From NCBI RefSeq assembly GCF_016432865.1, contig NC_067401.1, forward strand, positions 481,492,001 to 481,555,759: a DNA stretch of 63,759 nucleotides, given 5' to 3'. The translations under genes were made by a program, and so were the position numbers. The notes beneath the pieces are model-generated. The model worked only from the letters and a program-made list of their open reading frames with translations, did not search any database and was not told where the DNA came from. Positions 25,392 to 40,300 of this stretch are shown piece by piece. The stretch's first letter is position 1, and every line of letters starts with the position of its first letter. The stretch is from Antechinus flavipes. Taxonomy: Eukaryota.

Positions 25392-28300
25392 AGCTTGCTC
25401 TCACATGAATGTAGTAGAGGAAGATTCCCTATAGCCTGGACTAGAGCCCCTCCCCACCTGCCCCCCCTCACCCTGCCTGGGTCTGGTGGGTATCTCCCCT
25501 CCCCACCTGCCCGCCTCCTCACCTTGCCGGTGTGTCCCTTCAGGTTGCTGATATTCTCCAGGCTGGTCGAGGTGTAGACGTGGATCACGTTCCCATTGAC
25601 AGCAGCAAACAGGTGACCTCCGTTACTGAAGGCGCACTGTGAGTGTTGGGGTGAGAGGGGCCTTGCCTCAGGACCCTGCAGACAGCTCCAGGTCCTTCCT
25701 GACTCAGCCACAGCAGCACGGGCTGGGGGCGGGGGCAGCAATGGCTGCAGGGGACACTTTGCCCACTGGGCTGACCAGGGAGGGCAGTCTGGAATGGGTC
25801 ATGCCCCCTCCCCCGGCACAACTTTGCAGATCCCTTCACTTGTCCTGGCTTCTGGTCCAGGCCCCCTTTGACCCCCTGCTTGGGGCTGGTTCTCCCAGAC
25901 CATCCATTTTGGGGGCAGTAGGAAAAGGGGCCGGAAGGCTGCGTTGCTCTGGCCTCCACCCTAGGCCTCTGGCAGTCGTGCCATCCCTTAAAGGGGCCAT
26001 TAAGGAGGTTACTTATCCAGGAGTGAGCAGCAGGGAGGAGTTTGGTGGGAGAATGTGGGTGAAGACCAATGTGGGACAAAGACAAATGACTTTGGCAGAC
26101 AGCAGAAATGGAGCCTATGCAGGGCGGCGAGGGCCGGGCTTCTGTCATGGAAAGAACTGCCTGCGAGCCCAGCTGCCCCTGAGGGGAGAGCGCCCCTGCA
26201 GGCGGAGGCCGGATGCCCCCCAGGGGAGACGACGAGCGAGCCCCCACTGTGCCCCCAGGAGGCCCGGCCCTGCTCCCCGGCCCCCGCAGCCCTTACCTCT
26301 CGGCACCCTCGGATGGGGAACTCCTTGAAAGCCCGGATGTCATTAATGAGCAGATTCATGATGCGCAGTTTGTCGGCAAAGCCGACCACGGTGAAGTGCC
26401 CGGAGGGGTGAAGAGAGACCGTGTACGCCTCCTCCTGGTACTCCCGGTACAGCTCCAGGTTACTGGGGACGGACAGACGAGGGCTCTCCGTCACGCTCCT
26501 CCAAGCGCGCCCACCTCTCCCAACCCCCGACAGAAGAGCAGGATTCTTGGCTTTTGGCTCCGTGTTCCCGGGGCACAGCGGTACCTCCCCTGAGGGAAGG
26601 GAGGACGGTCACCTCGCCACCGGGCGCCTCAGGCAGGGCTCAGAGCGAGGCCTCCGGGTGCCATGGCGGCCGTCTGGGCCCTGCCCGGCGAGCTGGGACA
26701 GCCCACGGAGCCGAGCTCCCGGGCTCAGGCTGTGCCTTTCTTACTTGGTTTCATAGTTCCAGATGCGCACTGATCGGTCCAGGGAACATGTAGCAATGAG
26801 GGGCTTGCGGATACAGACGGCTAGCCCTGTGATGGCCGCAGAATGGAGCGAGTACATGAGAAACTCAAATTGGGCGGGCTCCCCCTGGGAAAATCACACA
26901 AGGACCCTCAGACGGGCGGTCCCCGGGTCCCCCGCGGGTCATTCCAGGTGGGACGGGCCAGAAACTGAGGAAACTACACTGGGAAGAAATGATGCTGAGG
27001 GACTGCAGGTCCGGGCCCCAGGCTTCTGGGGCTCTCTGCTGCCCCACACATTGTGGAGGCGACAGAACAGCTACCAGGGGCTCGCCTGGGAGGAGCCGCT
27101 TCATATCGCCCCTGGGCCCATCGAAGGATGGCTGAGGTTCCTTTTTTTGGGTTCTTGTCTTTTTATCCCAGTACCTGGCACACCACAGGTGCTTAATAAG
27201 TGTTTGTTGATCAGGACACCTGATCACGTAGGAATTACTTAGCAAAGAGGGCGCTTCCTCTTCCTCGCGTCCCCCGTTGGAGGGCTCGGAGCTGGAAGGA
27301 GCCCTCGAGGTTCCCTCACTCACAGAGAGGGAAGAAGAGGCCGGGCCTGCCCGGGCTGGGCTCCTGACTCACCTTGCTGATCTCCGTCAGGGACATGGCG
27401 ATGCTGTAGAGCTGGCTTTTGCTGGTGCTGATGATCAGCGTCTCCTCCGAGGGGCTGAAGCACATACAGACAATCTCCTGTTTGTTGGACTGGCTCGGGT
27501 CATTGCTGTGCTGGTCCAAGGGAATCTGCCGACCGGGCCCGGGGAGGAGGAGACTGCAGTTAGCGCTAGTGCCTTTTACTGAACCACAGCTCTCGTTATC
27601 ACTCCCATTTTACAGATGAGGACACTGAGGAGGACTGAGGGGGCATGATCTGCCAAGGGCCCCAGGCCTCGTGTGTGTGAGAAGTGAGATTTGAACTCGG
27701 CTCTTCCTGATTCCAAGGCCAGCGTGCCATTCCCCGTGCCACGGGATGAGGACGGCCAATAAGTCACTTCCTCAGCCTAGTCTTGCCGATCGTCAGCGCA
27801 GGGCGGGCAACGGAGGCCCCAGACACCCTCAGCTTCTCCCGCCACCGAGGCAGGACTGAATTGCCCGGCATTGGGGACGGGGAGCTGCCTTTCCTGGCAG
27901 GAGGCTTTCCCTGGGAAAACCACAAACCACTCGGGCCAAAGAAGTCATTTTTTCTTCTAAATTCTTACTGGTAACTTTTGCTGTTCTGTCCCTCCCTCGG
28001 GGTGGCAGGATGGCCCTGGCGTCAGGACCTGAGTACAAATCCGGCCTCTGGCCTTGGTTGCTGCGTGACCCTGAGCAAGGCGCTTGACCCCAAGAAAAGC
28101 CCCCCAGAAAAACAAACACAAATGAAGGAGAGAAAAACACCCCTCCCCTCCACTGGGGCACCCTTGTAATAAAGGAAAGGGAGGGAAAGCACTCAGCCAG
28201 ACCTTCCAGGGCCACAGGGCCGTTCCCCCTCCCCAGAAGGCCTGAGGCCCAGTCCAGAGGTGGGGTCCTGGGGGCCGGGCCAGCACTGCAGACACGACTG

Positions 28301-31300
28301 CCTGGGCTTCTCTGATGGGTTCGAGATGCGTGTCCTCCCCTCCCCCGATGCCGCGTGTATTATGTAGCTTGGGCAGTGCTGGGTCCTGTAGCTGGGCCTT
28401 TGCTTGGACCCCTAAGGTGAGATTCCTCACTCCACACCCAAGTGGGCGGGATGTGGCTGTAGGGTGACTCCCGGCCACATCCAATCGGTCCCACCTGCCA
28501 CTCCTAAGCCCACACGGGCTCTACGCCACCGTCGAGCCAAAAGTCTGTCCCCTCCCTTTATTCCCCATAACGTGGAAATTTGGGAATCACAAAACTTCAG
28601 GCATGGAAGTGATGTCAGCGGCCGCCCAGTCCACGTCACACCTGAACAAGACTCCTCCCTTCAATAGTATTTGGGACGATAAGCCACAGTGTCCGAACAC
28701 CTCAAGACTCCCAGAGGCAGCCAGCCCTCCCTTGGGACCAATGGGTCCCATCTTAGAACGACTTAATGATATCGAGTCTGAACCCCTCCTTCCCTCTATC
28801 CCCCTCTCCCCCCCCCCCATCCTGAGCCAAGCCACATCCCCTGGGACAGACGCTGCAGGTTCTCTCTTCCCCAGGCCTGTCCCCACACCCTTCCCGCCGT
28901 TCCTCCAAGCCCTGGACACGCGGCCCCTTCCCGTCTGAGGGCTCTCCCCGGCTGCCTCAACCAGGCCCCATTGGGTCTGTAACACGCTCCGGCTCCGAGC
29001 GCTCATTCTCGCTTCCAGCAGCAGCTCCTCAGGGGAGCCCGTCCCTCGCGGGGATCTAAATGCTAACCTGCGGGCCGACAGACCCGGATCTTTAAGGACA
29101 AGAGTCACAAAGCATTTCCTCCCCCTGGGGGGCGGGGGGGACTCTGCCACAAACACACAGGCCCCAAGGGTGAGGGAAGCCTGGAACATAATAAAAGTGA
29201 GACACACATGGGGTACAAGTGCCCAGGCAACGCACAGCTCTGGAGCCGCGGGCCCCCAACACCCCTTCTCTCCTCCTAAAAGTCCCTCCTGACCAGCTGC
29301 CACAGGCTCAGCAGGGCCGGCTCCCTGACAGGCACAAGGCACCCTGGGAGCCAGGCTGAGCTGGCGCTCTTGCTAGTGGGCAGGGGGCTGGGGGACCGGG
29401 CCGGGCCACTCGCCGCCTCCTGACCAGGCCCAGCAGGCCACCCTGCCGCTGGTTCCCAGATGGGGCAGGCGGCTCACTAGCTGGCCCTTCTGAAGACATG
29501 GTCTCCGCTGGCCTCCTAGGCTCACTCTGGCCCTTTTCCACATTTGGTCACTGAGCTTTTCACCTGCGGAGCTACAAGCGCCTTCTGCTAAGGAAGTGGC
29601 CCTTAGCTTGGGGCAGGCAGAAACCTCTTCCCTGGGACTCCTGCGGAGGGTTCTCCTCCAGACCAAATCTTCCTGACTCCAAAGCCCCTGAGCCAGACTA
29701 AACCATCCCACATGGTCCTGCGGATGGCTGTAGAGGAGTCACTTTCATCTCTAATTCTCTTGAGGAATCTAATGTAGTTTGTCAAACAAACTAAGAAGGG
29801 CAAGTTCACTCGATTGCAGGCTATTCATATGCAACTGAAGGATCCAAGCTTTCCATCCTTTCTAAGGGGGCCAAAAGGTTTTCCATCTGAAGGCTCTTGT
29901 TTTTCCCTCCACTATCTTGTCTTTTAGGTGCTAGAGACCTTTAGCTTTGGCAGAATTCTCATTTGGATATCACCTTACACCCTTCAAAGTTCAATCCCCA
30001 GGGACAATCCCAGAGAGACAGACTGACCGAGCAGAGGACAGAGGGACTCTCCCCGCCCGGGGACTGTTCTAACTTTCACATTCCCAGAAGGATATTTTGG
30101 TGGCTCCTCCATCTGCCCTCTCAGTTAATCTACCACCAGCAGCCCTGCATCTCTCCTCCTCCCAGGAAGACCCACAGATGGTCTGACCATTCCCTCCGCA
30201 CTTTCAGCTCCTCGTGTGTGTCCCTCAGTCAAGATTCTCAGAGCAGTTGTCCGCAGATGTCTAGGCCCCTCTCAGAGATTCAGTGTCTGGCTCACAGCCC
30301 TTCCTCCTCAACTTTAACAGAGATACTGATGCTCCCTCAAGCACTCTAAGCTCCCAATTCCTCAGTTTAACCATGTCCCAAGACTTACAAGTCCCCACCA
30401 CCACAGCTGCACATGGACAAGTGCAGTCAGTCAGTCATAAGCAGTCATTAAGTGTCTATCTTGTGCCAAGTCCTGGGGATACAAAAGACAGACCCAGCCA
30501 TGAAGGGGCCCCCACTGAATGGAGGGAAAGACAACATGCAAACAACTTTATTCCAACAAGATACACAGAGTAGACTGGAGATGAGCAACCGGGGAAAGAC
30601 TGGGTAACTGCGATCAGCATAATGACCAACCACAATGGCAGATGATCCATAATAAAACATGCTACCCATCACCAGCTGAAAGATAAGATGCAAACGGAAG
30701 GATGAGACACATTTGATGAGCCTGGAAAGATTTATACAAACTGATGCTGAGCAAAACAAGCAGAATTAGGACTACTAAATATTTTAAACAACAGTTTTAA
30801 TGTTACTTAAATTGTTTGCCAAAATAGAAAAATAAGGGACTCTTTCAAGTGACTTCTATGTATAATAGGAAGCTGATACCAAAATCAGGGAGAGAAAAAG
30901 CAGAAAAAGAAAACTGTAGACCAATATCCCTAGTGAACACTGGTGCAAAAATTTAAATAAAATACTAGCAAAGAGGCAAAAATATATTAAAAGCTTATAT
31001 ACCACCATTGAGGAATGGCTGAATAAGCTGAAGGTATATGAAGGTAATAGAAAATTATTGTTCTGCAAAAAACGATGAACAAGTTGATTTTTAGAAAATC
31101 CTGGAAAGATTTATATGAACTGATACTGAGCAAAACAAGCAGAACTAGGAATACATTGTATATAATAATAGCAAGAATGTACAGTGATGAACTATGATAA
31201 ACTTGGTTCTTCTCAGTGTTTCAATGATCCAAAGCAAACCCAATAGGCTTTGGATAGAAAACATCATCTCCATTCGGAAAAAGAATTATGGAGAGTGAAT

Positions 31301-34300
31301 GTAAATCAACACATGCTATGTTCACTTTTTTTCCTCTCCCAAGGTTTTTCCCTTTTCTCCTAATTTTTCTCTCTCAACATGACTCATAAAGCAAAGTGTA
31401 TTAAAATAAATTAATTAATTAAAAAAGAAAATGCCAGTGACCAGCAAAAAAAAATTATACACAAAAACAAACATACAGTTTTTTCGATTAAAGGAAAACT
31501 CAGAAATATAATTGATCATGTTAAAAAGAAAAATAACAAAAACCACATTATGTAAATGCTGAAGAGATTTGGACAAAATCCAATACCCTTTTCTGTCAAA
31601 ACCATTAGAGAGCATAGGAACAAATGGGTTTTTCCTTAATGGGATAAATAGCATATATCTAAAATCAAGAGCAAATATATATAACAGAAAAAGATTAAAG
31701 ACTTTCCATAAAGAAAATGAATCAAAGTTGAATGTTCATTATTATCACTACAATTTAATATGGTGCTAAAAATGCCCATTCTGGCAATAAGATAAGAAAA
31801 AGAAATCAAGAGAACACACACAGACAAAAAAGAAATGAAACTATTGCTTTCCACAAATAATATGACGGTGTATGCAGAGAAGCCCAAAGAGTCAACTAAA
31901 AATTAACTATAACAACTAATACATTCAGTACAATTGCAGAATATAAACGAAATTATCATAAATCATCAGCATTTCTGTATATTCTCCAAAACAGACAGAA
32001 GTTCCATTAAAAATGATAGAAATAAAATACTTGATGATCTATCTACTGAGACACATGGATGCTACATGATTATAACTATAAGAAAGTCTTTGTAGAAATA
32101 AAGACAGAACAAAATAATTTGAAAAATAAAAAAAATTACTGCATAAGTCATTATACTTATTCAGTGTCAAGTCAATCAAGATACTAAAAGTACTATTTTG
32201 TAGAGATCTAGAAAAAATGAAATTCATCTAGAGGAACAAAAGGTTGAGAATCTCCAGGGAAAAAATGAAAAAAAAAAAAAAGTGGGAAAGAAGAGGGTCT
32301 ACAAATACCAGATCTCAAATTGTGGAAACTACTATGAAGCAAATCATCAAAATGGTCTGATACTAGTTTAAAAAAAGAGAGTGACTGATCAGTGGAATAG
32401 ATTATATATATACAATACGAAGAAGCAATTAAACAATTACTTCTACTGTTTGTTAATCTCAAAGATGTCAAGAGCTGAAATAAGGGCTCATTATTTAACA
32501 AAAAGCAGCTGGGAAAACTAAGCAGAAATTAGTTGAGACTAATATGTCACATCATCTATCAAGAAAAGCTCCAAATGGATGCATTAGATATGGAGGGAGA
32601 CATTATAAACAAATCAGGGGAGCTAAGGAGATTTTCATTTTGTATCTATGGGGAGAAGAAGAATTCATGACCAAAAAAAAAGGATAGAGGGCATCATAAC
32701 AGATGGACAATTTTGATTACATAAAATTTAAAAGAATTTGTATAAATGAAACCAATATAATTAAAATTAGAATTAAAACAGTTAAGTGGGAAAATATCTT
32801 TGCAGCAGGTTGCTCTGATAAGGGTCTCATTTTCAAGATGTAGATGATACTGATTCAAATTGATTTTCTTTAGTTTATTTTTAATACACATTATTTTACG
32901 AATTATATGGGAGAGAAAAATCACAGCAAATGGGAGAGAAAAAAAAAGAAGTAAACACAGCACGTGTTGATTTACATTCAGTCTCCTTAGTTCTGTCCAA
33001 AATCTATTGGGATTGCTTTGGATCACTGAACTACTGAGAAGAACCAAGCCTTTCATAATTAATTGATCAACTGATTCACATTGATGAGAAGAATTGTTAC
33101 CCAACGTTAAATGTTCCATCCAAGTCATTATTAAGAAAATGCAAGTCAAGGCTACTCTGAAGTTCCACCTCAGAGCCATCAGATTTGTGAGGTTGAGAGA
33201 GGGATAGGGCGACTGCTGGAGGGACTGGGGGAAAAGAGGGATCTAATTTGGTGAGAAGTTCTAGGAGAACACATTGCTCAGTAACAACATCCCAGGAAAA
33301 AGAACTTGGAAAGACCGGGAACCTCTGATCAGTGCCTTGGTCCAGCAGGATTCCAAAGGCCTGACGTTTCCCTACCTCTTGGCAGCGAGCTGATGAGCTC
33401 ACATATAGGCCTGGGCAAGGCCTGGGCAAGGCCAGGGCGGGATTGCTTTTGCCTGACCCCGCCCCCCTCGGGCACAGCCTTTTCCTTCCTCCCGGATGCT
33501 GCTGCAACATGGCGCCTTGGCCCTGACCCTGCCTTCTACCTTCCCCGTTGGGCTCAGCCCGGGTCCCTGCGCTGGGATCTCCCCTCCTATCCATCTGGTG
33601 TCTGTCTTACGTGACGGTGCTTATCTCCCGGAAGAGTGTAAGCTCCCTGAAGGCAGAACCTTGGCACACAGGAGGCACTTAACAGATGTTCACTGCAGAT
33701 CCAGCCTCCTTGGGCCCACAGGCCCAGCCTCTGTGGTGGAGCCTGAGGCAGTCCTGCTGCCCCACCCCCTCTGATCCCAGGGGGATCCTGGGGGCCATGT
33801 TCTCTCCCAAGGAAGCCTTAAGTGCACATGGGGGGCCCCCTTCCCGCGCCCCCGCCCCCTCCCTTACCCGGATCTCCCGGCTCTCCCGATAGGTGTCTTT
33901 CTCTTCCATCTTCTCAAAGAGCAGGACTCGGCCCAGGCCCGCCGAACAGGCGAAGCCCTTGGAGTAGATGGCAATGGCCGACACCTGGGGGAGCGTCATA
34001 TTCTGGCTCTCGCTCTTCTCCACAAAGAGCTGCTCGTTGGAGTAGTCAGGAGAGCTGGGGGTTGGGAATTCAATGAGGCTGCAAAAGGAAAAGATAGTGG
34101 GAACCACAGGAAGCGCTTCACTGGCGGAGGTCACTGATGGCGAGGAGGAGGGAGGGCTCGCTCTGGGCCTCCCTGAGCCTGGGCCAGGTGGAGATGGAGT
34201 TTCAGAGCCCGGAGCCCTCCAGTGGCCCGGCACCAAACCCTGGCCCTCCCCCAGGACCCAAGGCCTCCGGAGGCTCAGAGACTCGTCCCTCTGGAACCTT

Positions 34301-37300
34301 CCAGGGCCCTCCTGGTTCTGGGAGGGAGATCCAAGAGTCTGGGTCTCCGGTTCCAACCCAGGGGAGCAGAGGGGTGACACAACACTGTAGTGGGGGAGGC
34401 TGGGGCTTGAGGGGAAGCTGATGGTCCCAGCACGGGAGCCGGGGAGCCCATTCTCTCGACACTGCTCTGCCCAGGCCTAACCAGGGGGTCCTGCTGCCAG
34501 GCCTGGAAGTGCCCTGGGAGTCCCCATAGCCCACTATGGCTCTGGAGAACATGGACCCTCAGACGCAGACCCCTGCCCGGGGGTGACATCGGGATCTGAT
34601 TTCTCTCAGGATTCCCATGCTGCTCCTTGTAGGACGCGTTCTGGAACGCCCTGTGCTTCCCGGAGGTGGTGGCGGCCTTCTCAGGGAGGCCCTGGGTCCG
34701 TCTCGCCAGCTTCAGGTCAAACTGCTCGAGGTGGGTGTCTGTCCGGGCCCCTGCTCTGACCTCGCCGGCTCCCGGCAGGCTCCCTTACCGTCCCCGGTTC
34801 CCGACTGAGGTGCTGTGCTTGCCCTCTCAGTCTATCTCTGAGCCTCTCACGTCTGTCCTGCAGCCCCTCCTCTCCTCTGAGGGTGCCCCCGCCTTGGCGC
34901 AGGCCTTTATCATCCGCAGCTGGATGTCTGCAGCCCGCCGTTACCTCCCTGACCCGGCTCTCCCCCCTCTAGCTCACTCTCCATTCGGCTGTCGGAGATC
35001 TTCCCTGAGTCCATGTTTGCCATGTCACCCCGCCCCCACTCCATTACCTCCGGGATCAAGGACAGAATCCTCCCCTTAGGACTCACAAGCCGGCCCCTCC
35101 AGCCCCGTTCTCTGAGCCAGTGACACCGGCCCCCTCGCTCCTCACACAAGGCGGGCCACGTCCGGCCTGGCCACGCCCGGCCTGGCCACGCCCACGGGCT
35201 CGCCCCGAACTCTCTCCCTGGTCCCGGCCTCCTAGCTTCCCTCTAGTCCCAGCCAACGTGCCGCCCGCCCCCATTTTTGCTGTGCGTCAGGTGCTGGTTC
35301 AGAGGAGGCTGAGCCCGGAGGCGCCAGCAGGCTCTGACACACCCTGGGTGGGTGACACAGGAAGCCGTGGAGATTTGTCTGTCCCTGCAGGTGGGCTTCC
35401 TCCCAGAGTGCGCCCAGCCCTTCGCTAATCACAGACAAGGCATCTAAGACCGTAAGCTCCGAGGCACGGGCCGGTTCTGCCATTGGGACGAGTCACTGGG
35501 GACACGGGGGGCATTTCAGAGCTCGGTACGGTTCCCCTCAAACCTGTGCCATTAGGAAAGCTTGGGAGACTCCCCACAGGATGGAGGCAGCATTCCCAGG
35601 GGTTTCTCCTGAATCCACACAAAGGCCATGTGCTTCTGGAACGTGGCCAAGGGCTCGGCATCCCACGGGGGGATGGGGGTCAGGCGGGCGCAGCACGCGT
35701 TCTCCTCCATACTTGTGGCACCCGGGGGAGGGGGCAGGGATATGGAACAGGGGGGCAACCAAGAGAGGCAGGCGGCTAATATGGGCTGGGGCAGCCACGG
35801 ATAAAGGACAACGTGGGACCGTCCGGAAGATCAAGTGCGAGAAGGGTGGGCAGGCCATCCCCAATGGCGCACCTGTGAAGGCCTGGCAAGGCCCAACTTG
35901 GGGCAGACCAGAGACCATCCTGCCCTGCACGAGTGCTGACAAAGCTTAGAACGTCATGACTCCGGATGATGGTGCAAGCCTCAAATACTTTTAAAAAGAC
36001 TTACGCTATCTCTGTTCAAAGAAAGGCGTCCCTCTGGCCTCGCGCTTCAGAGCCCCCCCTCCCCGCCTCAGCCATGCCCAGCCTCTGCGTCTCTGCTCAG
36101 GCTGTACCAAGGCTGGACGCTCTCCCCTCCTCATTCTGCCTCCTGGCATCCCTAGCTCCCTTTAGGACTCAGCTCTCCTACTGCCTTCTTGAGGCTTTCT
36201 CAATCTTTCCCGCTGAGGGGCTCTGACTCCCACCAAAATCAGCGTCCATCTGACAGATGCTTCTCTGTGGGCCTCAAAGAGGGTGAGCCCCTGAGGGCAG
36301 CAAGTGCATCCCTCAGGTCTCTGTGTCCCTGACGTTCAGTGCAGGGCCCAGTTCCCTGATTAACAAATTCATAGATGAGTGGCCCCAGGTAAGGTTCCTT
36401 ACTAGAGCCCCCAACAATCCCACAGGCCTCCCCCCGTGTGGCCAGAGCTGGCGCAGAGCTGCAGAGGCCGGACGCCCAGGACCCTCATCCCCGACGCCCG
36501 CTGAGAGGCCCCGTTACCTTTCCGACTCGTTCACCACCTCCAGTTTCTTGGTGTCGCTGGGCGTCTCCCTGCACACAATGCTCGTTTCCCAGCGAAGATC
36601 CCCAGATTCGAACAGAAAGAGCTTGCCCGTGTCAGTGCCCACAATGATCCGTTCTTCAGAGATCCAGGCGTGAGACAGGTAATTCTGGGGCTCTCCCCGC
36701 ACGAAATTGGTCTGTTTCAGCGTGCCCTCGGCATAGCGGAAAAGTTTAAAGATTCCATTTCCAATGACACAAATCTGAGTATTATCTTGGGGATTGAAGC
36801 TCACCTGCAAGAGGGAAAAAATTATGCCCATTTTCTCATCTCCCCCGAGAGAAATGGTCTTCAGTTTGCCTGTGACGCAGCCAAGCTGAGCTGCCCCCAG
36901 CCCCACGATGCCCTCCGTGTCTGAAGGCCGGCAGCTCTGGCACTCCGTACCCCTCAAGGCCGCAGCCAAGCTTAGCCGCCCCCAGCCCCACGATGCCCTC
37001 CGTGTCTGAAGGCCGGCAGCTCTGGCACTCCGTACCCCTCGAGGCCGCAGCCAAGCTGAGCCGCCCCCAGCCCCACGATGCCCTCTGTGTCTGAAGGCCG
37101 GCAGCTCTGGCACTCCGCAGCCCTCGAGGCCGCAGCCAAGCTGAGCCGCCCCCAGCCCCACGATGCCCTCTGTGTCTGAAGGCCGGCAGCTCTGGCACTC
37201 CGCAGCCCTCGAGGCCGCAGCCAGCTCCCACTGCAAGGAAGAGCCGGTGCCTGATGGGGGTGGCCATGAGGGTCACTCTGAAGCCTCCAAGGGAGGCCAG

Positions 37301-40300
37301 CTCTGCTCTGGTGCAGTCGGGGCACCTGAGGTTTGCTGCTCCCAGGGAAGTTTGAGGGGATGTGAGGAGCCTGACTTGTCGCCCTCACCAAATTCTAGAC
37401 GGGGTTTATAAAAGGGTGGTGATCAAGCCCCAAGGAAAAGAAATGGAGGGAATCGGCAGTGCCGGCTGGATCACATCATCCCTCTAACAAGGGGGGGGTC
37501 CACGTGTAATCCCTGTGCCAAGGGCGGCAGGGAGGTGGCGCAGGGACGCCAGAGCTGGCATCAGAGTTCACGGGGAGGCAGGAGGAATGGGGAGGCTGAG
37601 GGCAGAGGCCCTGTTTGTGCTTATGGTACAATGGGGTCCTCTGGGTTAGGCCTGAGGCCCCCGAGCTCCCTCCTGCCTCTCCATTTCTCCATCAGCAACG
37701 GTATTCTCAGCACACAGAAAGGGGGTTTCACGAATCCCAGTTTGCAAGAGATGCTTGAGTCCCTGACGTTGTAAGCTGGGCCCCCCGCCAGAGCTCCTGG
37801 GTTCTAGGTCTTCATTTGCAGACGGGCCCTTGAGATTGGTGACTTGACTATCAGTTGCCAATTACATTCTCAAAGTTTGTCTCTTCAAAGGAATAACAGT
37901 CACAGGGCCTCACGCATTAGGCTGCACAACACCTAGTCTCCCGGGCACGGAGCGGCCCATGTACAGGCTGGAAACCTCCAGGCAGACCCTCCAGCAGGAC
38001 AGCGTGGGAAAAGTCAGACCGACGGCAGGGCCGAGTCAGGAGGGAGAGTGAAAGGGAAGGACAGCTACGGGGGCATCCCCGAGACGTCCAAAAGAAGGGG
38101 GGCGCTCTCTGAACAAACAGCTACAGCAGTTCTTTCTGGGGTGGCTAAACACTGGAATTCAGAGGGACGCCCTTCGATGAGGGCCCGGCACACGAGCGTA
38201 ATGGAATATTGCTGCGCTGTACGAAATGACCAGCAGGCTGATTTAGAAAGGCCTGGAGGGACTTATGTGAACTGATGCTGAGGGAAGTGAGCGGAACCAG
38301 AAGAGTGTATGCAGCAAAGCACCACTGTGGGATAAACTGCAGATGCCTTAGCTCTTCTCAGCAACCCGACAATCGGAGGCAATCCCAAAGGACTGATCAC
38401 CAAGCACACCGGCCGTCTCCGGAGAAAGAACCAGTGTTGTGCAAATACAGACCGGGGCAGCCTATTTTTCACTGCCTTTCTTTCTCTTTTCTTTTATTTG
38501 TATCTTTCTGAACTAAATGACTAATACGGAAATGTATCATAATACATATAAACACGTTGTATTTAGGCACGTATAACCTATTTCTGATTGCTTACCATCT
38601 AATGGAGAGGAGAGAGGAGGGAGGGACTGGATTTGGAATTCAAAACTTAAAGGTTTAAAAGGAAAAAAAATAAAATTAAGGGCAGGGGGAGGGTCTGCTA
38701 GACCAGAAGACAAGGGACCGTTCATTGGCAGCAAGCATTAGCTATGTGTTTGCTGTACATCCGACACTGTGCTGGGCGCGGGGCAAAGACAAAAACGAAA
38801 CAGTTCCTGCCCTCGAGAGCTTACGCTGTTTTGAGGGAGGGGACACATGCTCACAGAAAATATTACTTCTGCGTCTGACAGGAGCAGCATTGGGAGGGCA
38901 CAGTATTAATAACCAGGGGGAGTGAGAAAGGCCATGATGAGGAGGTGGCACTGAGGGGTTCTGAGAGGCAGAGGGGGGAGGGAGAGCACTGAGGGACACG
39001 CTGCAGGTGGGGAGAAGCACCAAGGCCAATCGGTCTGGGGGAGACAGGCTGCGCAGGGGCTCAGGAGGGCCAGGTTCCGCAGAAGCTGGACGGGGAAGGC
39101 CTGAAATGCCAGGCAAAGGTATCTCCACGGGTGCAGGGAATGGGCCTTTGAAGCAGCGCGCACTGTGAGAGACAGATGAACTTGTTCCCAGGAGTCCTCT
39201 AGGCAGCAAAGGACTGCTCGGAAGTGGGCCTGGCCAGGCCACCCTGAGGCAGAGCAGTACCTACATGCTCAGTGTGGGCCCTAGGGCGGAGGAGACAGAC
39301 ACAGCATCGGGCCCTTTCTGCCGAGAAACCGAGACTGAGCCCAGAGTACACCATCAGTTCTGACAGGGACATCGTGGGCCATTCGTTCCAGTCTGTCCCT
39401 GCCTGGGAAATCTTTCCTGTCCTTCACAAAGAGAGGGAGACCAAGGGGCCAGGGAGGAGGTCCAGGATCTGACCCCGGCCCCCGCGGTTAACCCCAGGCG
39501 GGTGCTCCTCCCTTCTCCCAAGGCCTGCTCTCTGTGTGCTCCGTGCAGAGACGTGTACGTCTGCAATCCCGCGACGCTGCACCATCTTTCCCCCCCGCAG
39601 CCCCGGCAGCGTGGCTCTCTTGTGGACTGTGCAGGCCGGCCCCGGGAGGGCAGGAAGCGGGCGCTGGCCTGGACGACACACACACCCCCCGCGCCCCCAG
39701 TCGTCCCCACGCCACGGGCCGGTTACCTGGTAGATGGGGTTGTTCTGATTATCGGTTCTGATAATCGCCATCACTTTCTGCTTCTCCCACATCCAGTAGA
39801 CGAGGTTGGACTCGGGAGTCCCCGTATGGGCCACAAGATACTTGGAGTCCGGAGAGAAGGCCAAAGCAATGAACTTCTGGACCGTGAAGTCGAAGTTGTT
39901 GATGACTTTTCGCTTCCTGCAAGGAACCGACGAGAGCTCGTAGATGGTGATGGTGGCCTTGTCCTGCACGACCTCGGAAATGGCCAGGTAGCGCCGGTTG
40001 GGGCTGATGGCCAGGGCGAGCATGCCCTGGCTCTTCTCCGAGCCTGCAGTGGGCGAGCGCGGGGAGGTCAGGAGCCGGCGGGGGCGCTCTGCCCTTACTC
40101 TGGTCGGTCGTCCGGCAATGAGCGTGGTGGGGTAACCGAGGGCCGGGAGAGGAACCGTCCCCGTCGGGGCCCCAGAGGGTCCCACGCAAGGCCTGCGGTG
40201 GCTTCTAGTGTCCGTCTCAAGGGGGGGAGAGGAAGGCACAGGAGGGAGGGAGAGCAAGGGGGGAGCATCCCCTCCGTAACTGAGGTCTAAGTGGGTGTTC

